A stretch of 51,020 nt of DNA from assembly GCA_902567115.1 (NCBI GenBank), contig CACFLF010000002.1, positions 1 through 51,020 of the forward strand, written 5' to 3'. Made by a program: the position numbers and the translations under genes. Positions 7,976 through 16,959 of this stretch are shown one piece after another. The notes beneath the pieces were generated by a model. That model worked only from the letters and a program-made list of their open reading frames with translations. It did no database searches and had not been told where the DNA came from. The first letter of the stretch is position 1; every line of letters starts with the position of its first letter. This stretch comes from an uncultured Alphaproteobacteria bacterium (GTDB taxonomy: Bacteria > Pseudomonadota > Alphaproteobacteria > Methylaequorales > Methylaequoraceae).

Positions 7976-8728
7976 TTAAATTAAACCTTTCAATAGAGAG
8001 GGGAACTTTTTTCTTAACTGATCATATTCTTTTTGAATTTCAGTGTTGTCAGTTGAAATTCCTTTTGATTTAGATTTAATCTTATGATCGTAAACAACTG
8101 AAGCTGGTCTTTTGGAAAAAAAAATTATTCTGTCTCCTAAAAGAATAGCTTCTTTAAGATTATGCGTAATAAGTATGATTGTGATTGGGTTTTTTTTCCA
8201 ATAATTAATTAGCACGGAGTAAAGGTTTTCTGCTGTCGGTTGGTCTAATGACACAAAAGGCTCATCCATTAATAAAATTTGTGGTTTTTTAATTAATGCT
8301 CTAGCTAAAGAAACTTTTCGTCTCATACCACCAGATATAGATTTTGGATAATAATTCTTAAATTCGTGTAAATCAAAATCTGAAAGAAGAGATTCTATTC
8401 TTTCAATATATTCTTCGTTTTCCTCGCAAACTAATTCAATATTTTCTTTGACTGTTAACCATGGAAGGAGTCTTGAGGTTTGAAAGACATAACCATAATC
8501 ACCATTAGCCATTAAATCACCTTGTTCTTTATTGAATTTATTATCTTCGGCGTCTATTAGACCACCTATTATGTTCATTAGAGTGGTTTTACCACATCCA
8601 GATGGACCAACAATGCAAACAAATTCTTTATACTTGATTTTAATATTAATGTTTTTAAGAACATCAATGGATGTTTTATCGTGGGGGCTTACAAACGACT
8701 TTTTTTTTATGTTAATGTGAAAATCCAA
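7976..8728 (-). CDS. ABC transporter ATP-binding protein (NitT/TauT nitrate/sulfonate/taurine-type)
   Basis: Walker A GPSGCGKTT, Q-loop YVFQ, signature ISGGMRRKV, Walker B LLMDEPF and H-loop ITHNL. A single NBD of 250 aa. Confidence 0.9.
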   Translation of the reverse strand: MDFHINIKKKSFVSPHDKTSIDVLKNINIKIKYKEFVCIVGPSGCGKTTLMNIIGGLIDAEDNKFNKEQGDLMANGDYGYVFQTSRLLPWLTVKENIELVCEENEEYIERIESLLSDFDLHEFKNYYPKSISGGMRRKVSLARALIKKPQILLMDEPFVSLDQPTAENLYSVLINYWKKNPITIILITHNLKEAILLGDRIIFFSKRPASVVYDHKIKSKSKGISTDNTEIQKEYDQLRKKFPSLLKGLI

Positions 8729-8731
8729 TTT

Positions 8732-9481
8732 TTACCTCCAAATGGATATTTTTTTTTCAAATGGCCTAACTAAAATAAATTCTACAAAAATTATTAGAAG
8801 AACAAACACTAATGTATATGCCAAAATACCTGAAATATCAAAAAATTGGAAGAATCCAAATAATTTAAATCCTACACCATTGCTTCTACCCAAGAGCTCC
8901 ACCACGAGGACAATTTTCCAAATCAATGATAGACCTGATCTTGCAGATGATAACAAGTATGGATAGAGTTGAGGGAGTATTACTTTAAAAAAAAATTTGC
9001 TTCCTGAAATTTTATAAAATTTGGCTACATCTACATAATCCTTTTCAATTGATCTTGCTCCTTCTCGCATTATAACAGCAACCATTGGTATTTTATTTAA
9101 AGATACTGCAACAATTGCTGCGACTTCGTTTAAACCAAACCACACATAGCATAAAATTATAATTACTAGTGCTGGTACATTTAATCCCATAATTAGCCAG
9201 TCATCTAAAAAATTATTTAATGATGAATTTCTTCCCATATAAATTCCAAAAAAAGTTCCAATAAACATGGCTATAATAAATGACAAAAATACCCTTTTTA
9301 GAGTTATTGCTGTGTGATAGAAGATTTCGTTATCTTCTGCTTCTAAAATTATCTTATCGAAAACTTCGCTAGGTCCCGGTAAAAGGTCAACCTCAACATA
9401 GAGACTGGAAATCTGCCATAAACTGAAGAAAATTAGAATAGAAGCAATTCTAATAACTGCATTGGGGTTGTTTTTTTCCAT
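8732..9481 (-). CDS. ABC transporter permease (NitT/TauT-type, BPD inner-membrane component)
   Basis: 249 aa with about six TM segments and an EAA-like loop (MREGARSIEKDYVDVAKFYKISG). It sits 3 nt upstream of the ATPase gene. Confidence 0.85.
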   Translation of the reverse strand: MEKNNPNAVIRIASILIFFSLWQISSLYVEVDLLPGPSEVFDKIILEAEDNEIFYHTAITLKRVFLSFIIAMFIGTFFGIYMGRNSSLNNFLDDWLIMGLNVPALVIIILCYVWFGLNEVAAIVAVSLNKIPMVAVIMREGARSIEKDYVDVAKFYKISGSKFFFKVILPQLYPYLLSSARSGLSLIWKIVLVVELLGRSNGVGFKLFGFFQFFDISGILAYTLVFVLLIIFVEFILVRPFEKKISIWR

Positions 9482-9483
9482 TA

Positions 9484-10479
9484 TTATTCTACCCAGAATG
9501 TTCCAGGGGATAGTTCTTTTGCTTTGCCAACAAGTTCTCTTCCTCCAACTTCTGAAAGTATAGAGTAAAGTTTTTTAGAACCATTAATTTGGTCCAATGA
9601 AAAATCTTTTGAAGGAATACCTTCTCTGTATATATCTCTTAGATTTTTAAAGAGTTGATCATTTTCTGCATTCATAAATGGTCTAACTTTTTCCCATATC
9701 TCATCCGATTCGAGCATCAATTTTTTTGCATCTTTTGATGTTTTAAAGAAATTTTTTAGTAATTCTTTGTTTTGCTTTGCCCATTGCTCTTTGAAGACCC
9801 ATCCGATTACAGGAATACCTTTAGGAAGATTTAACTTATTCAATATATCAGTGATATTTATTACTTTAGTAAATTTTTCATTTGTTAACAGCTTTGCTTG
9901 GTAAGGCCAATAAGTAAGAATTGCATCAAAACTATCTTGTTCAATCTTTTTGTTTAATAAAGGTGGAGCACCAAATATTTGTCTACTCACATCTTTAAGT
10001 TCTTTTCCGTATTCTTTTTTGAAGTATGCTCTAAATATCAACCAGCCTTTGTCAACTTGACCACCAGCAATACCTATTTTTTTTCCTTCCAAATCTGCTT
10101 CATTTTTGATGTTTGAATCTTTTGACACTATTAGACCACCAGCTGACATCGAATGTGGAACGAATGCGAATTCTCTTCCTTCATTTCTTTGCCTTGAGAC
10201 CCAAAACCAATCAGTTACTATAAGATCAACTGCTCCGCCTTGAAGCGCAACAGCTGCCGCATTTTTACTTGCTAATTCAACTATCTCTATATTTAGATCA
10301 TTATTTTTGTCCATCTTGAGTTCTTTTATTAATTTAAGCTCCCAATTAACACTGCCATATTGTAGAGATCCAATTTTTAAAGTGCTGGCATAGAGATGAG
10401 AGAAACTAATGTTTAAGATCAAAGCAAGAAAAAAAACATTGGTTATAAAGAGTGATTTGTGTAAAATATTTTTAATCAT
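9484..10479 (-). CDS. Periplasmic substrate-binding protein of the NitT/TauT (NMT1/THI5-like fold) ABC family
   Basis: It has a signal peptide (..FSHLYA|S) and a size and pattern (LKIGSLQYGSVNWEL..., GGAVDLIVTDWFW, KKIGIAGG) typical of SsuA/TauA/ThiY-type binding proteins. It sits 2 nt upstream of the permease. The substrate is unknown. Confidence 0.75.
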   Translation of the reverse strand: MIKNILHKSLFITNVFFLALILNISFSHLYASTLKIGSLQYGSVNWELKLIKELKMDKNNDLNIEIVELASKNAAAVALQGGAVDLIVTDWFWVSRQRNEGREFAFVPHSMSAGGLIVSKDSNIKNEADLEGKKIGIAGGQVDKGWLIFRAYFKKEYGKELKDVSRQIFGAPPLLNKKIEQDSFDAILTYWPYQAKLLTNEKFTKVINITDILNKLNLPKGIPVIGWVFKEQWAKQNKELLKNFFKTSKDAKKLMLESDEIWEKVRPFMNAENDQLFKNLRDIYREGIPSKDFSLDQINGSKKLYSILSEVGGRELVGKAKELSPGTFWVE

Positions 10480-10575
10480 AATTCTAAATAATATTTCCTT
10501 CTTAATAAATATATTGTATTTTCTATACTTTATATCAAACGTCTGTCAATGCTAGTTTTTTTTGATGAATGCAAT

Positions 10576-10809
10576 ATGAAAAAAAAAGTTTATTTTTTAA
10601 ATCTTAAAGGTTATAAATGCCCAATACCGGTATTGAAAATTTCCAAAAAATTTAAGGAAATTAATAAAGGTGATATTCTTGAGGTAAATACAGATGACCC
10701 AAAAGCTGACAAAGATATACAAGAACTTTGTAACAATATAAAAATAAAAGTATTAGAAATGAATTCTACAGAAGAAAAAAATATGTTCTTTAAACTCCAA
10801 AAATATTGA
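10576..10809 (+). CDS. TusA/SirA-like sulfur-carrier protein
   Basis: LNLKGYKCPIPVLKISKKFKEINKGDILEVNTDDPKADKDI contains the CPxP active-site motif and the DDP motif. I chose the ATG at 10576 instead of the track start at 10549. Confidence 0.7.
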   Translation: MKKKVYFLNLKGYKCPIPVLKISKKFKEINKGDILEVNTDDPKADKDIQELCNNIKIKVLEMNSTEEKNMFFKLQKY

Positions 10810-10826
10810 TTTTTGATTTACTTCGA

Positions 10827-11051
10827 ATGAAAGATTTACTTGACAAAAAAATAGACGATTTAACCTACGAGGATGCCTTTGATAGACTTCAAAAGATCAC
10901 AGAATTACTTGAAAATGGCGACGTTTCGCTTGACGATTCTATAAAATATTATGAACAAGGAATTTTACTAAAAAACTTTTGTGAAAAAAAACTTAAAGAT
11001 GCAGAGATGAAAATCAAAAATGTATTAGATAAGTCAAAAAATAGTGAATAA
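10827..11051 (+). CDS. xseB: Exodeoxyribonuclease VII small subunit
   Basis: LTYEDAFDRLQKITELLENGDVSLDDSIKYYEQGILLKNFCEKKL is the typical XseB helix-turn-helix pattern. It sits upstream of ispA, as in many proteobacteria. I prefer the ATG at 10827 over the TTG at 10806. Confidence 0.8.
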   Translation: MKDLLDKKIDDLTYEDAFDRLQKITELLENGDVSLDDSIKYYEQGILLKNFCEKKLKDAEMKIKNVLDKSKNSE

Positions 11052-11053
11052 TA

Positions 11054-11932
11054 ATGTCTAAGATAGAAAAATTTATCTCTGAATTTGCAATTGAATTTGA
11101 TGATTTTTTTTTAAAACTTCTTCCCAAAAAAAAATATTCCCAAAAACTTCATGATGCTATGAAATATTCAATTAAGGTAGGAGGTAAAAGGCTTAGGCCT
11201 TTATTTTTGATTGAAATATCCAAAATATTTAACGTTAACAAAATCATGGCATTAAGAGCCGCCGCCGCAATTGAATTAATTCATTGTTATTCCTTAGTTC
11301 ATGATGATCTCCCTGCCATGGATGATGATGATTTAAGAAGAGGGCATATGACTTGTCATAAAAAATTTAACGATGCTACAGCGATACTGGTTGGAGACGC
11401 TTTCCAATCTTTGGCTTTTGAAATCTTATCTGATAAAAAAACGCATCCAAATGCCAGTGTAAGGTGTAATTTGATTAATGAACTTTCAAAAGCCTCTGGG
11501 GCAACTGGGATGGTAGGTGGACAAATGTTGGATTTAGATGCTGAAAAGAAAAAGTTGAGTTTGAGCGAAATTTTGATGCTTCAAAAACTTAAAACTGGAG
11601 AACTTTTTAGATTTTCTTGTATAGCAGGTCCAATTCTTTCTGAACAAGAAGATCTTAAGCATTTTGAAGAATTTGCAAATAATCTAGGTTTAGCATTTCA
11701 AATTAAAGATGATTTGCTAGATGTTGAAGGTGATGAAAAACGAATGGGTAAAAAGACAAAAAAGGATTCCACAAGAGGTAAGGAAACTTTGATTTCTTAT
11801 TTAGGAAAAGAAGACGCAAAAAAAAAGTCAGAAGATTTGATAAATGATTCAAAACAAATTTTAAAATTTTATGGAAAAAGAGCAAATAGAATTATAGATT
11901 TAACTAACTTTGTAATTTCAAGAAATAATTGA
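11054..11932 (+). CDS. ispA: Farnesyl diphosphate synthase (short-chain polyprenyl synthase)
   Basis: GGKRLRP, first Asp-rich motif LVHDDLPAMDDDDLRRG, second FQIKDDLLD, and the KT/GK motifs. The xseB-ispA synteny supports the call. Confidence 0.85.
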   Translation: MSKIEKFISEFAIEFDDFFLKLLPKKKYSQKLHDAMKYSIKVGGKRLRPLFLIEISKIFNVNKIMALRAAAAIELIHCYSLVHDDLPAMDDDDLRRGHMTCHKKFNDATAILVGDAFQSLAFEILSDKKTHPNASVRCNLINELSKASGATGMVGGQMLDLDAEKKKLSLSEILMLQKLKTGELFRFSCIAGPILSEQEDLKHFEEFANNLGLAFQIKDDLLDVEGDEKRMGKKTKKDSTRGKETLISYLGKEDAKKKSEDLINDSKQILKFYGKRANRIIDLTNFVISRNN

Positions 11933-12697
11933 ATGTTCATTCGTAAAGTTGTCCCGGTAAATTTAGACAAAGAAAGAATTGACTATATTCTTAAAGAGTT
12001 AGACTTAGTTGAATCTAGGAACCAAGCTTTAGCTTTAATACTCTCGGGAAAAGTGTTTGTTGATAATGAAAAAGTATTAAAACCCGGAAAAATTTTACGC
12101 TGCAATAAAACAATTGAACTAAAAAAGGACAAAAATCGTTGGGTTTCTAGAGGTGGAATTAAACTAAGTCACGCACTAGAAAAATTTGACGTTAATGCAA
12201 GTAAAAAAATTTCTCTTGATATTGGTTGTTCAACAGGTGGGTTTACAGATGTTCTAATAAAAATGGGAGCAAAAAAAGTGTATGCAATTGATGTCGGTTA
12301 TGGCCAACTAGATTGGCGTTTAAGAAATTCTGAAAAGGTTATTTTATTTGAAAGAACTAATGCAAGAGAGCTTGATACTAATATTATTCCAGAATTACTG
12401 GATTTAGTTGTATGCGATGTGAGTTTTATTTCTTTGAAAAAAGTACTTTTACCTGTGAAGAAGTTGTTGAATAGCAAATATGAAGTATTAAGCTTAGTAA
12501 AACCTCAGTTTGAAGCAAAAAAAAATGAAGTAGGTCGAGGTGGTATAATCAAAGATTCAAGAATTCATAACAGGATTTGCGAAGAATTAATGCTTTGGTT
12601 TAAACAAAACTTTGATTACGAATATTTAGATATCATTGATAGTCCAATTACAGGTCAAAAGGGTAATAAAGAATTTTTCATATATATAAAAAATTAA
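11933..12697 (+). CDS. tlyA: TlyA-family rRNA (cytidine-2'-O)-methyltransferase
   Basis: An N-terminal S4-like domain ([19 protein letters not shown]) is followed by an FtsJ-type SAM site ([14 protein letters not shown]) and DVSFISL. Confidence 0.85.
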   Translation: MFIRKVVPVNLDKERIDYILKELDLVESRNQALALILSGKVFVDNEKVLKPGKILRCNKTIELKKDKNRWVSRGGIKLSHALEKFDVNASKKISLDIGCSTGGFTDVLIKMGAKKVYAIDVGYGQLDWRLRNSEKVILFERTNARELDTNIIPELLDLVVCDVSFISLKKVLLPVKKLLNSKYEVLSLVKPQFEAKKNEVGRGGIIKDSRIHNRICEELMLWFKQNFDYEYLDIIDSPITGQKGNKEFFIYIKN

Positions 12698-13764
12698 ATT
12701 TTATTTTTTTGATTCAATAGAAATAAATCTGCTAATACAATTGCTACCATGGCTTCTCCAACTGGAACTGCTCTAATACCAACACATGGGTCATGTCTTC
12801 CTTTAGTTTTAATAATTGTATTTTTATTAACAAGATTCACTGTTTTTCTCTCTTTCAGAATTGAACTTGTGGGTTTTACAGCAAATTTGACAACAATGTC
12901 CTGACCAGAAGAAATTCCTCCAAGTGTTCCACCAGAGTTGTTAGATTCAAATATAACTTTATTGTTTTGATATCTCATTTCATCAGCATTTTGTTCTCCT
13001 CTTAATGCTGCGCTTTTAAAACCATTTCCGATTTCGACACCTTTCACTGCTGGAATACTCATTATGCCTTGTGCTAGAAGGGCATCAATTTTTGAAAAGA
13101 CTGGTTCTCCTAAACCTGCAGGGACTCCAGATGCAGTTATTTGAATGACAGCTCCTATAGAGGATCCTTCTTTCCTTATTTTTAAAACATAATCTTCCCA
13201 TGTTTTTAAAATATTCTTGTCTGGGCAAAAGAAGTTGTTTTTTTCTATTTCTTTCCAGTTCCAATTATTATTATTTATTTTTTTTTCACCTATTTGGATT
13301 AAAGCACCTCTAATCTTAATTTTATTTCCTAAAATTTTTTGTGCTACTGCCCCTGCGGCAACACGCATAGCTGTTTCTCTAGCGGATGCTCTTCCACCTC
13401 CACGATAATCTCTGATACCGTATTTCATATGATAAGTGTAATCTGCATGACCAGGTCTAAATTTATTTTTTATGTCGCTGTAATCTTTTGATTTTTGATC
13501 AGAGTTGTAAATAATCATTGATAAAGGTGTTCCAGTAGTCTTTTTATTAAATAAACCAGATAATATTTTCACTTTGTCATCTTCTTTTCGTTGTGTTGTA
13601 AATTTTGATTGACCAGGTTTTCTTCTGTCTAAAAAACTTTGTATGTAATCATCATCAATTTTTAAGTTTGGTGGCACGCCCTCTATAACACATCCTAAGG
13701 CTTCACCATGACTTTCACCCCATGTAGTTACTTTAAAAAGTTGTCCAATTGAACTCCCAGTCAT
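12694..13764 (-). CDS. aroC: Chorismate synthase
   Basis: [20 protein letters not shown]..., RPGHADYTY and [11 protein letters not shown] are hallmark AroC motifs. Confidence 0.95.
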   Translation of the reverse strand: MTGSSIGQLFKVTTWGESHGEALGCVIEGVPPNLKIDDDYIQSFLDRRKPGQSKFTTQRKEDDKVKILSGLFNKKTTGTPLSMIIYNSDQKSKDYSDIKNKFRPGHADYTYHMKYGIRDYRGGGRASARETAMRVAAGAVAQKILGNKIKIRGALIQIGEKKINNNNWNWKEIEKNNFFCPDKNILKTWEDYVLKIRKEGSSIGAVIQITASGVPAGLGEPVFSKIDALLAQGIMSIPAVKGVEIGNGFKSAALRGEQNADEMRYQNNKVIFESNNSGGTLGGISSGQDIVVKFAVKPTSSILKERKTVNLVNKNTIIKTKGRHDPCVGIRAVPVGEAMVAIVLADLFLLNQKNKI

Positions 13765-13766
13765 GC

Positions 13767-14579
13767 TTAGCGTTCTACAGTTATATCTGGTGCATCTACA
13801 GATTTCATGCCAACTACATGGTATCCACAGTCTACATGAACAACTTCTCCTGTCACTCCTGATGACAAGTCTGATAAAAGATACACAGAATTTTTACCAA
13901 CCTCATCTATTGAAGTAACTCTTTTTAATGGTGAATTGTACTCGTTCCATTTCAAAATATATCTGAAATCAGAAATTCCTGAAGCGGCTAAAGTTTTTAT
14001 AGGTCCAGCTGATATTGCGTTAACTCTTATATTTTTTTTCCCGAGATCGACCGCCATGTATTTTACACTAGTTTCTAACGCTGCCTTTGCAATACCCATT
14101 ACATTATAATGTGGCATTACTCTTTCAGCTCCAAGATATGAAAGTGTTAATATTTGACCTCCTGACTTCATAAAATGCTGAGCTCTTTGACAAAGAGCGG
14201 TAAATGAGTAACATGACACGTCAAGTGTATTAATAAAATTATCCCTAGACGTGTTTACATAGTCACCTTTTAATTGATTTTTGTCTGAAAATGCAATTGA
14301 GTGAACAAGAAAATCAAACGATTCCCATATCTTTGATAATTCCTTAAAAAAATTATCAATGCTTGGATCAGAGGTTACATCGCATTCAAGAATTATTTGT
14401 GATTTACATTTTTCTGCAAGTGGAAGCACTCTTTTTTTTATAGAATCATTAACATAAGAAAATGCCAGATCAGCACCGCATTGACTTAACTTTTCTGCAA
14501 TTCCCCATGCTATTGATTTTTCATTAGCTATTCCAAGAATTATGCCTTTTTTACCATTTAACTTTATTAGTGATTCCAT
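13767..14579 (-). CDS. fabI: Enoyl-[acyl-carrier-protein] reductase (NADH)
   Basis: [13 protein letters not shown] and [24 protein letters not shown] (Tyr/Lys catalytic pair). 270 aa, SDR fold. Confidence 0.9.
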   Translation of the reverse strand: MESLIKLNGKKGIILGIANEKSIAWGIAEKLSQCGADLAFSYVNDSIKKRVLPLAEKCKSQIILECDVTSDPSIDNFFKELSKIWESFDFLVHSIAFSDKNQLKGDYVNTSRDNFINTLDVSCYSFTALCQRAQHFMKSGGQILTLSYLGAERVMPHYNVMGIAKAALETSVKYMAVDLGKKNIRVNAISAGPIKTLAASGISDFRYILKWNEYNSPLKRVTSIDEVGKNSVYLLSDLSSGVTGEVVHVDCGYHVVGMKSVDAPDITVER

Positions 14580-14651
14580 CTTCGATCCTTAGCAAACTTA
14601 TTGATTAACAGTTACTTATTCTTATATAATATTTCTAACATAAAATATATA

Positions 14652-15221
14652 ATGAATCCTTTTAAAAAATTTAAAATGTGGTTTAACCTTGCAAAAAAAA
14701 ACCATCCATTCGATCACACCGCTTTTGCTCTTGGAACTGAAAATAAAGGCGAACCGCACGTCCGTATGGTTCTATTAAAATTAATTTTGGAAGATGGTTT
14801 TGTTTTCTTTACCAACCTAAATAGTAATAAAGGTGGTCATTTTAAAAGAAACAAGAATCTTTCTATGTGCTTTTACTGGGAATCCATTCATAAACAGATT
14901 AGAATTGTTGGTAAAGGTAGCATTGTTAACGATGAAATATCTGATAAATATTTTAGCTCAAGGCCACGAGGTAGCCAAATTGGCGCATGGGTGTCTGATC
15001 AGTCGTCTCTAATCAAATCATTTAGCTACCTAAAACAAAAAGAGAAAAAATTTGAAAAAAAGTTTGAAGGCTTCGCTGTTCCAAGACCAGATTATTGGGC
15101 TGGAATAAAAATAGAACCAAAACAGTTTGAATTTTGGCAACAAGGTGATTTTAGGTTACATAGTCGTGAAGTTTATTTTCGCAAAAAAAACGTTTGGCAA
15201 AGAAAATTGCTCTCACCATAG
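14652..15221 (+). CDS. pdxH: Pyridoxamine 5'-phosphate oxidase
   Basis: PHVRMVLLK, FFTNLNSNKG and the C-terminal EFWQQGDFRLHSREVY motif. I chose the ATG at 14652 over the upstream TTG at 14601. Confidence 0.85.
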   Translation: MNPFKKFKMWFNLAKKNHPFDHTAFALGTENKGEPHVRMVLLKLILEDGFVFFTNLNSNKGGHFKRNKNLSMCFYWESIHKQIRIVGKGSIVNDEISDKYFSSRPRGSQIGAWVSDQSSLIKSFSYLKQKEKKFEKKFEGFAVPRPDYWAGIKIEPKQFEFWQQGDFRLHSREVYFRKKNVWQRKLLSP

Positions 15222-15222
15222 A

Positions 15223-16521
15223 CTAGGGGGCTGGTAGAGGAGCAGGAACATCGCTTGGTGCAAGATTAGGTGTGCTTGGAGCTACCGTTTCTTTATCTGG
15301 AGGAACGGATGTTAATTTATTAATTCCGAGATTTTTATATACAGCACACAAGGCCGTTACGAGTTTTTTAACCATTTTTGGAGTATGTTGGGGAGAAGCA
15401 GTAATTCTTAACCTTTCTTCCCCTCTAGGGACTGTCGGATAGTTGATTGGCTGAACATATACTTGGAAATCATCAAGTAACACTTGACTTGCCTTTTTAC
15501 AAAGTATGGGGTCGCCTATAATAACTGGAATAATGTGACTTTTGTTGTCTATAAACGGTATGTTATTTTTTTTTAGTGAGTTTTTAAGATCACTTACGAC
15601 TTTAAACAATTTTTCTCTTTCTGATGAAGAAAACTTTAAATGTCTTATAGACGCATAAGCACCGGCAGCAATACATGGAGGTAATGATGTTGTAAAAATG
15701 AATCCCGATGAAAAACTTCTTACGAAATCAATAGTTTCTTTTTTTGCAGTGATGTAACCGCCGATGACTCCAAAAGCCTTAGCTAATGTTCCCTGTATTA
15801 TATCTACTTGATCCATGACTTTGTCTCGCTCAGCTACTCCTGCGCCTCGTTCTCCATAGATTCCAACAGCGTGAACTTCATCCAAAAAAGTTAAGGCATT
15901 ATATTTTTTAGCTAGATTACAAATACCATTTATTGGTGAAAAATCACCGTCCATAGAATAAACGGATTCAAAAGCTATTATTTTAGGCTGCGAGTTAGGG
16001 AATTTTTTTAGATTTTTTTCTAAATCATCTAAGTTGTTATGTTTGAAAATCACCTTTTTTGCACCTGAGTTTCTAATGCCCTGAATCATAGATGCGTGAT
16101 TTTTTTCATCTGAAAAAAAAACGCAATTGGGAATTTTTTTCCCTAACGTTGATAAAGTTGCTTGGTTAGCTAAATATCCAGAATTAAATAATAGTGCAGA
16201 TTCTTTTTGATGCAGATAACAAAGTTCTCTCTCTAGGAGAACATGATAATGATTGGTCCCAGAGATGTTTCTTGTGCCGCCTGAACCAGCCCCTACTTTT
16301 TTCAAAGCATTTATCATACTATCTAGAACATCTCGATTTTGGCTCATTCCCAAATAATCGTTGCTGCACCAAACAGTAACTTCTGCTACGGAATTGTCTT
16401 TATAGTTCAAAGCTTGAGGAAAGTTTCCAGCTAACTTTTCAAGATCAGCAAAAACTCTATAGTTGCCTTCGGATTTAAGTTTATCTAAACTTTTTTTAAA
16501 AATTTCTGAATAATTAAACAT
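15223..16521 (-). CDS. hemA: 5-aminolevulinate synthase with a Pro-rich C-terminal extension
   Basis: SEGNYRVFADLEK..., the TVWCSNDYLGM motif and the PLP-lysine region GTLAKAFG. This is the alpha-oxoamine synthase family, with the alphaproteobacterial C4 heme route. The first ATG is at 16521; the track start at 16530 is a TTG. Confidence 0.9.
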   Translation of the reverse strand: MFNYSEIFKKSLDKLKSEGNYRVFADLEKLAGNFPQALNYKDNSVAEVTVWCSNDYLGMSQNRDVLDSMINALKKVGAGSGGTRNISGTNHYHVLLERELCYLHQKESALLFNSGYLANQATLSTLGKKIPNCVFFSDEKNHASMIQGIRNSGAKKVIFKHNNLDDLEKNLKKFPNSQPKIIAFESVYSMDGDFSPINGICNLAKKYNALTFLDEVHAVGIYGERGAGVAERDKVMDQVDIIQGTLAKAFGVIGGYITAKKETIDFVRSFSSGFIFTTSLPPCIAAGAYASIRHLKFSSSEREKLFKVVSDLKNSLKKNNIPFIDNKSHIIPVIIGDPILCKKASQVLLDDFQVYVQPINYPTVPRGEERLRITASPQHTPKMVKKLVTALCAVYKNLGINKLTSVPPDKETVAPSTPNLAPSDVPAPLPAP

Positions 16522-16894
16522 TTTTAACAAAGCTCAATGCAACTGAGTTTATACAATATCTTTTAAAAGTTGGTTCAGGTCCGTCCTCAAACACATGCCC
16601 TAGATGTGCTTTACAATTAGAACAAACAACTTCAACTCTTCTCATCCCAAATGTGTTGTCTTCAATCTCATCAATAACCTTCTCATTAATGCAAGAATGA
16701 AAACTTGGCCAGCCAGTTGAGGAGTTAAATTTATGCTTTGAACTAAATAGTTTGGTGTCACAACAAATACATTTATAAACTCCATCTTCAAAAAAATCGA
16801 AAAACTCTCCTGTAAAGGGTGGTTCCGTTGCAGCATTTTGAGTAACCTGAAATGCAAGTTCGGATAACTTAAATTTTAATTCTGATTTCCTCAT
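16514..16894 (-). CDS. msrB: Peptide-methionine (R)-S-oxide reductase
   Basis: Two CxxC pairs (CICC..., CSNC), GWPSF, and the GHVFEDGP...RYCINS catalytic motif. Confidence 0.95.
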   Translation of the reverse strand: MRKSELKFKLSELAFQVTQNAATEPPFTGEFFDFFEDGVYKCICCDTKLFSSKHKFNSSTGWPSFHSCINEKVIDEIEDNTFGMRRVEVVCSNCKAHLGHVFEDGPEPTFKRYCINSVALSFVKNV

Positions 16895-16959
16895 ACTAAT
16901 TCACATATAATAAAGTTATTATAAATTAAAATAAAAATATTTACAGTTATTGTTTTTTT

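Noticed and set aside
15223-15330. GC-rich patch at the pdxH/hemA junction as a structured ncRNA or terminator
   Set aside because: I could only find a 5-bp complementary pair (GGTAG/CTACC) with mismatched interior. The patch is fully explained as coding sequence for the Pro/Ala-rich ALAS tail.
16895-16959. Possible TPP riboswitch upstream of thiO-thiS-thiG
   Set aside because: The spacer is only 65 nt, almost pure A/T, and lacks the conserved CUGAGA/ACCUGA-type elements. The ATAATAA-ag-TTATTAT inverted repeat there is within chance expectation for this composition.
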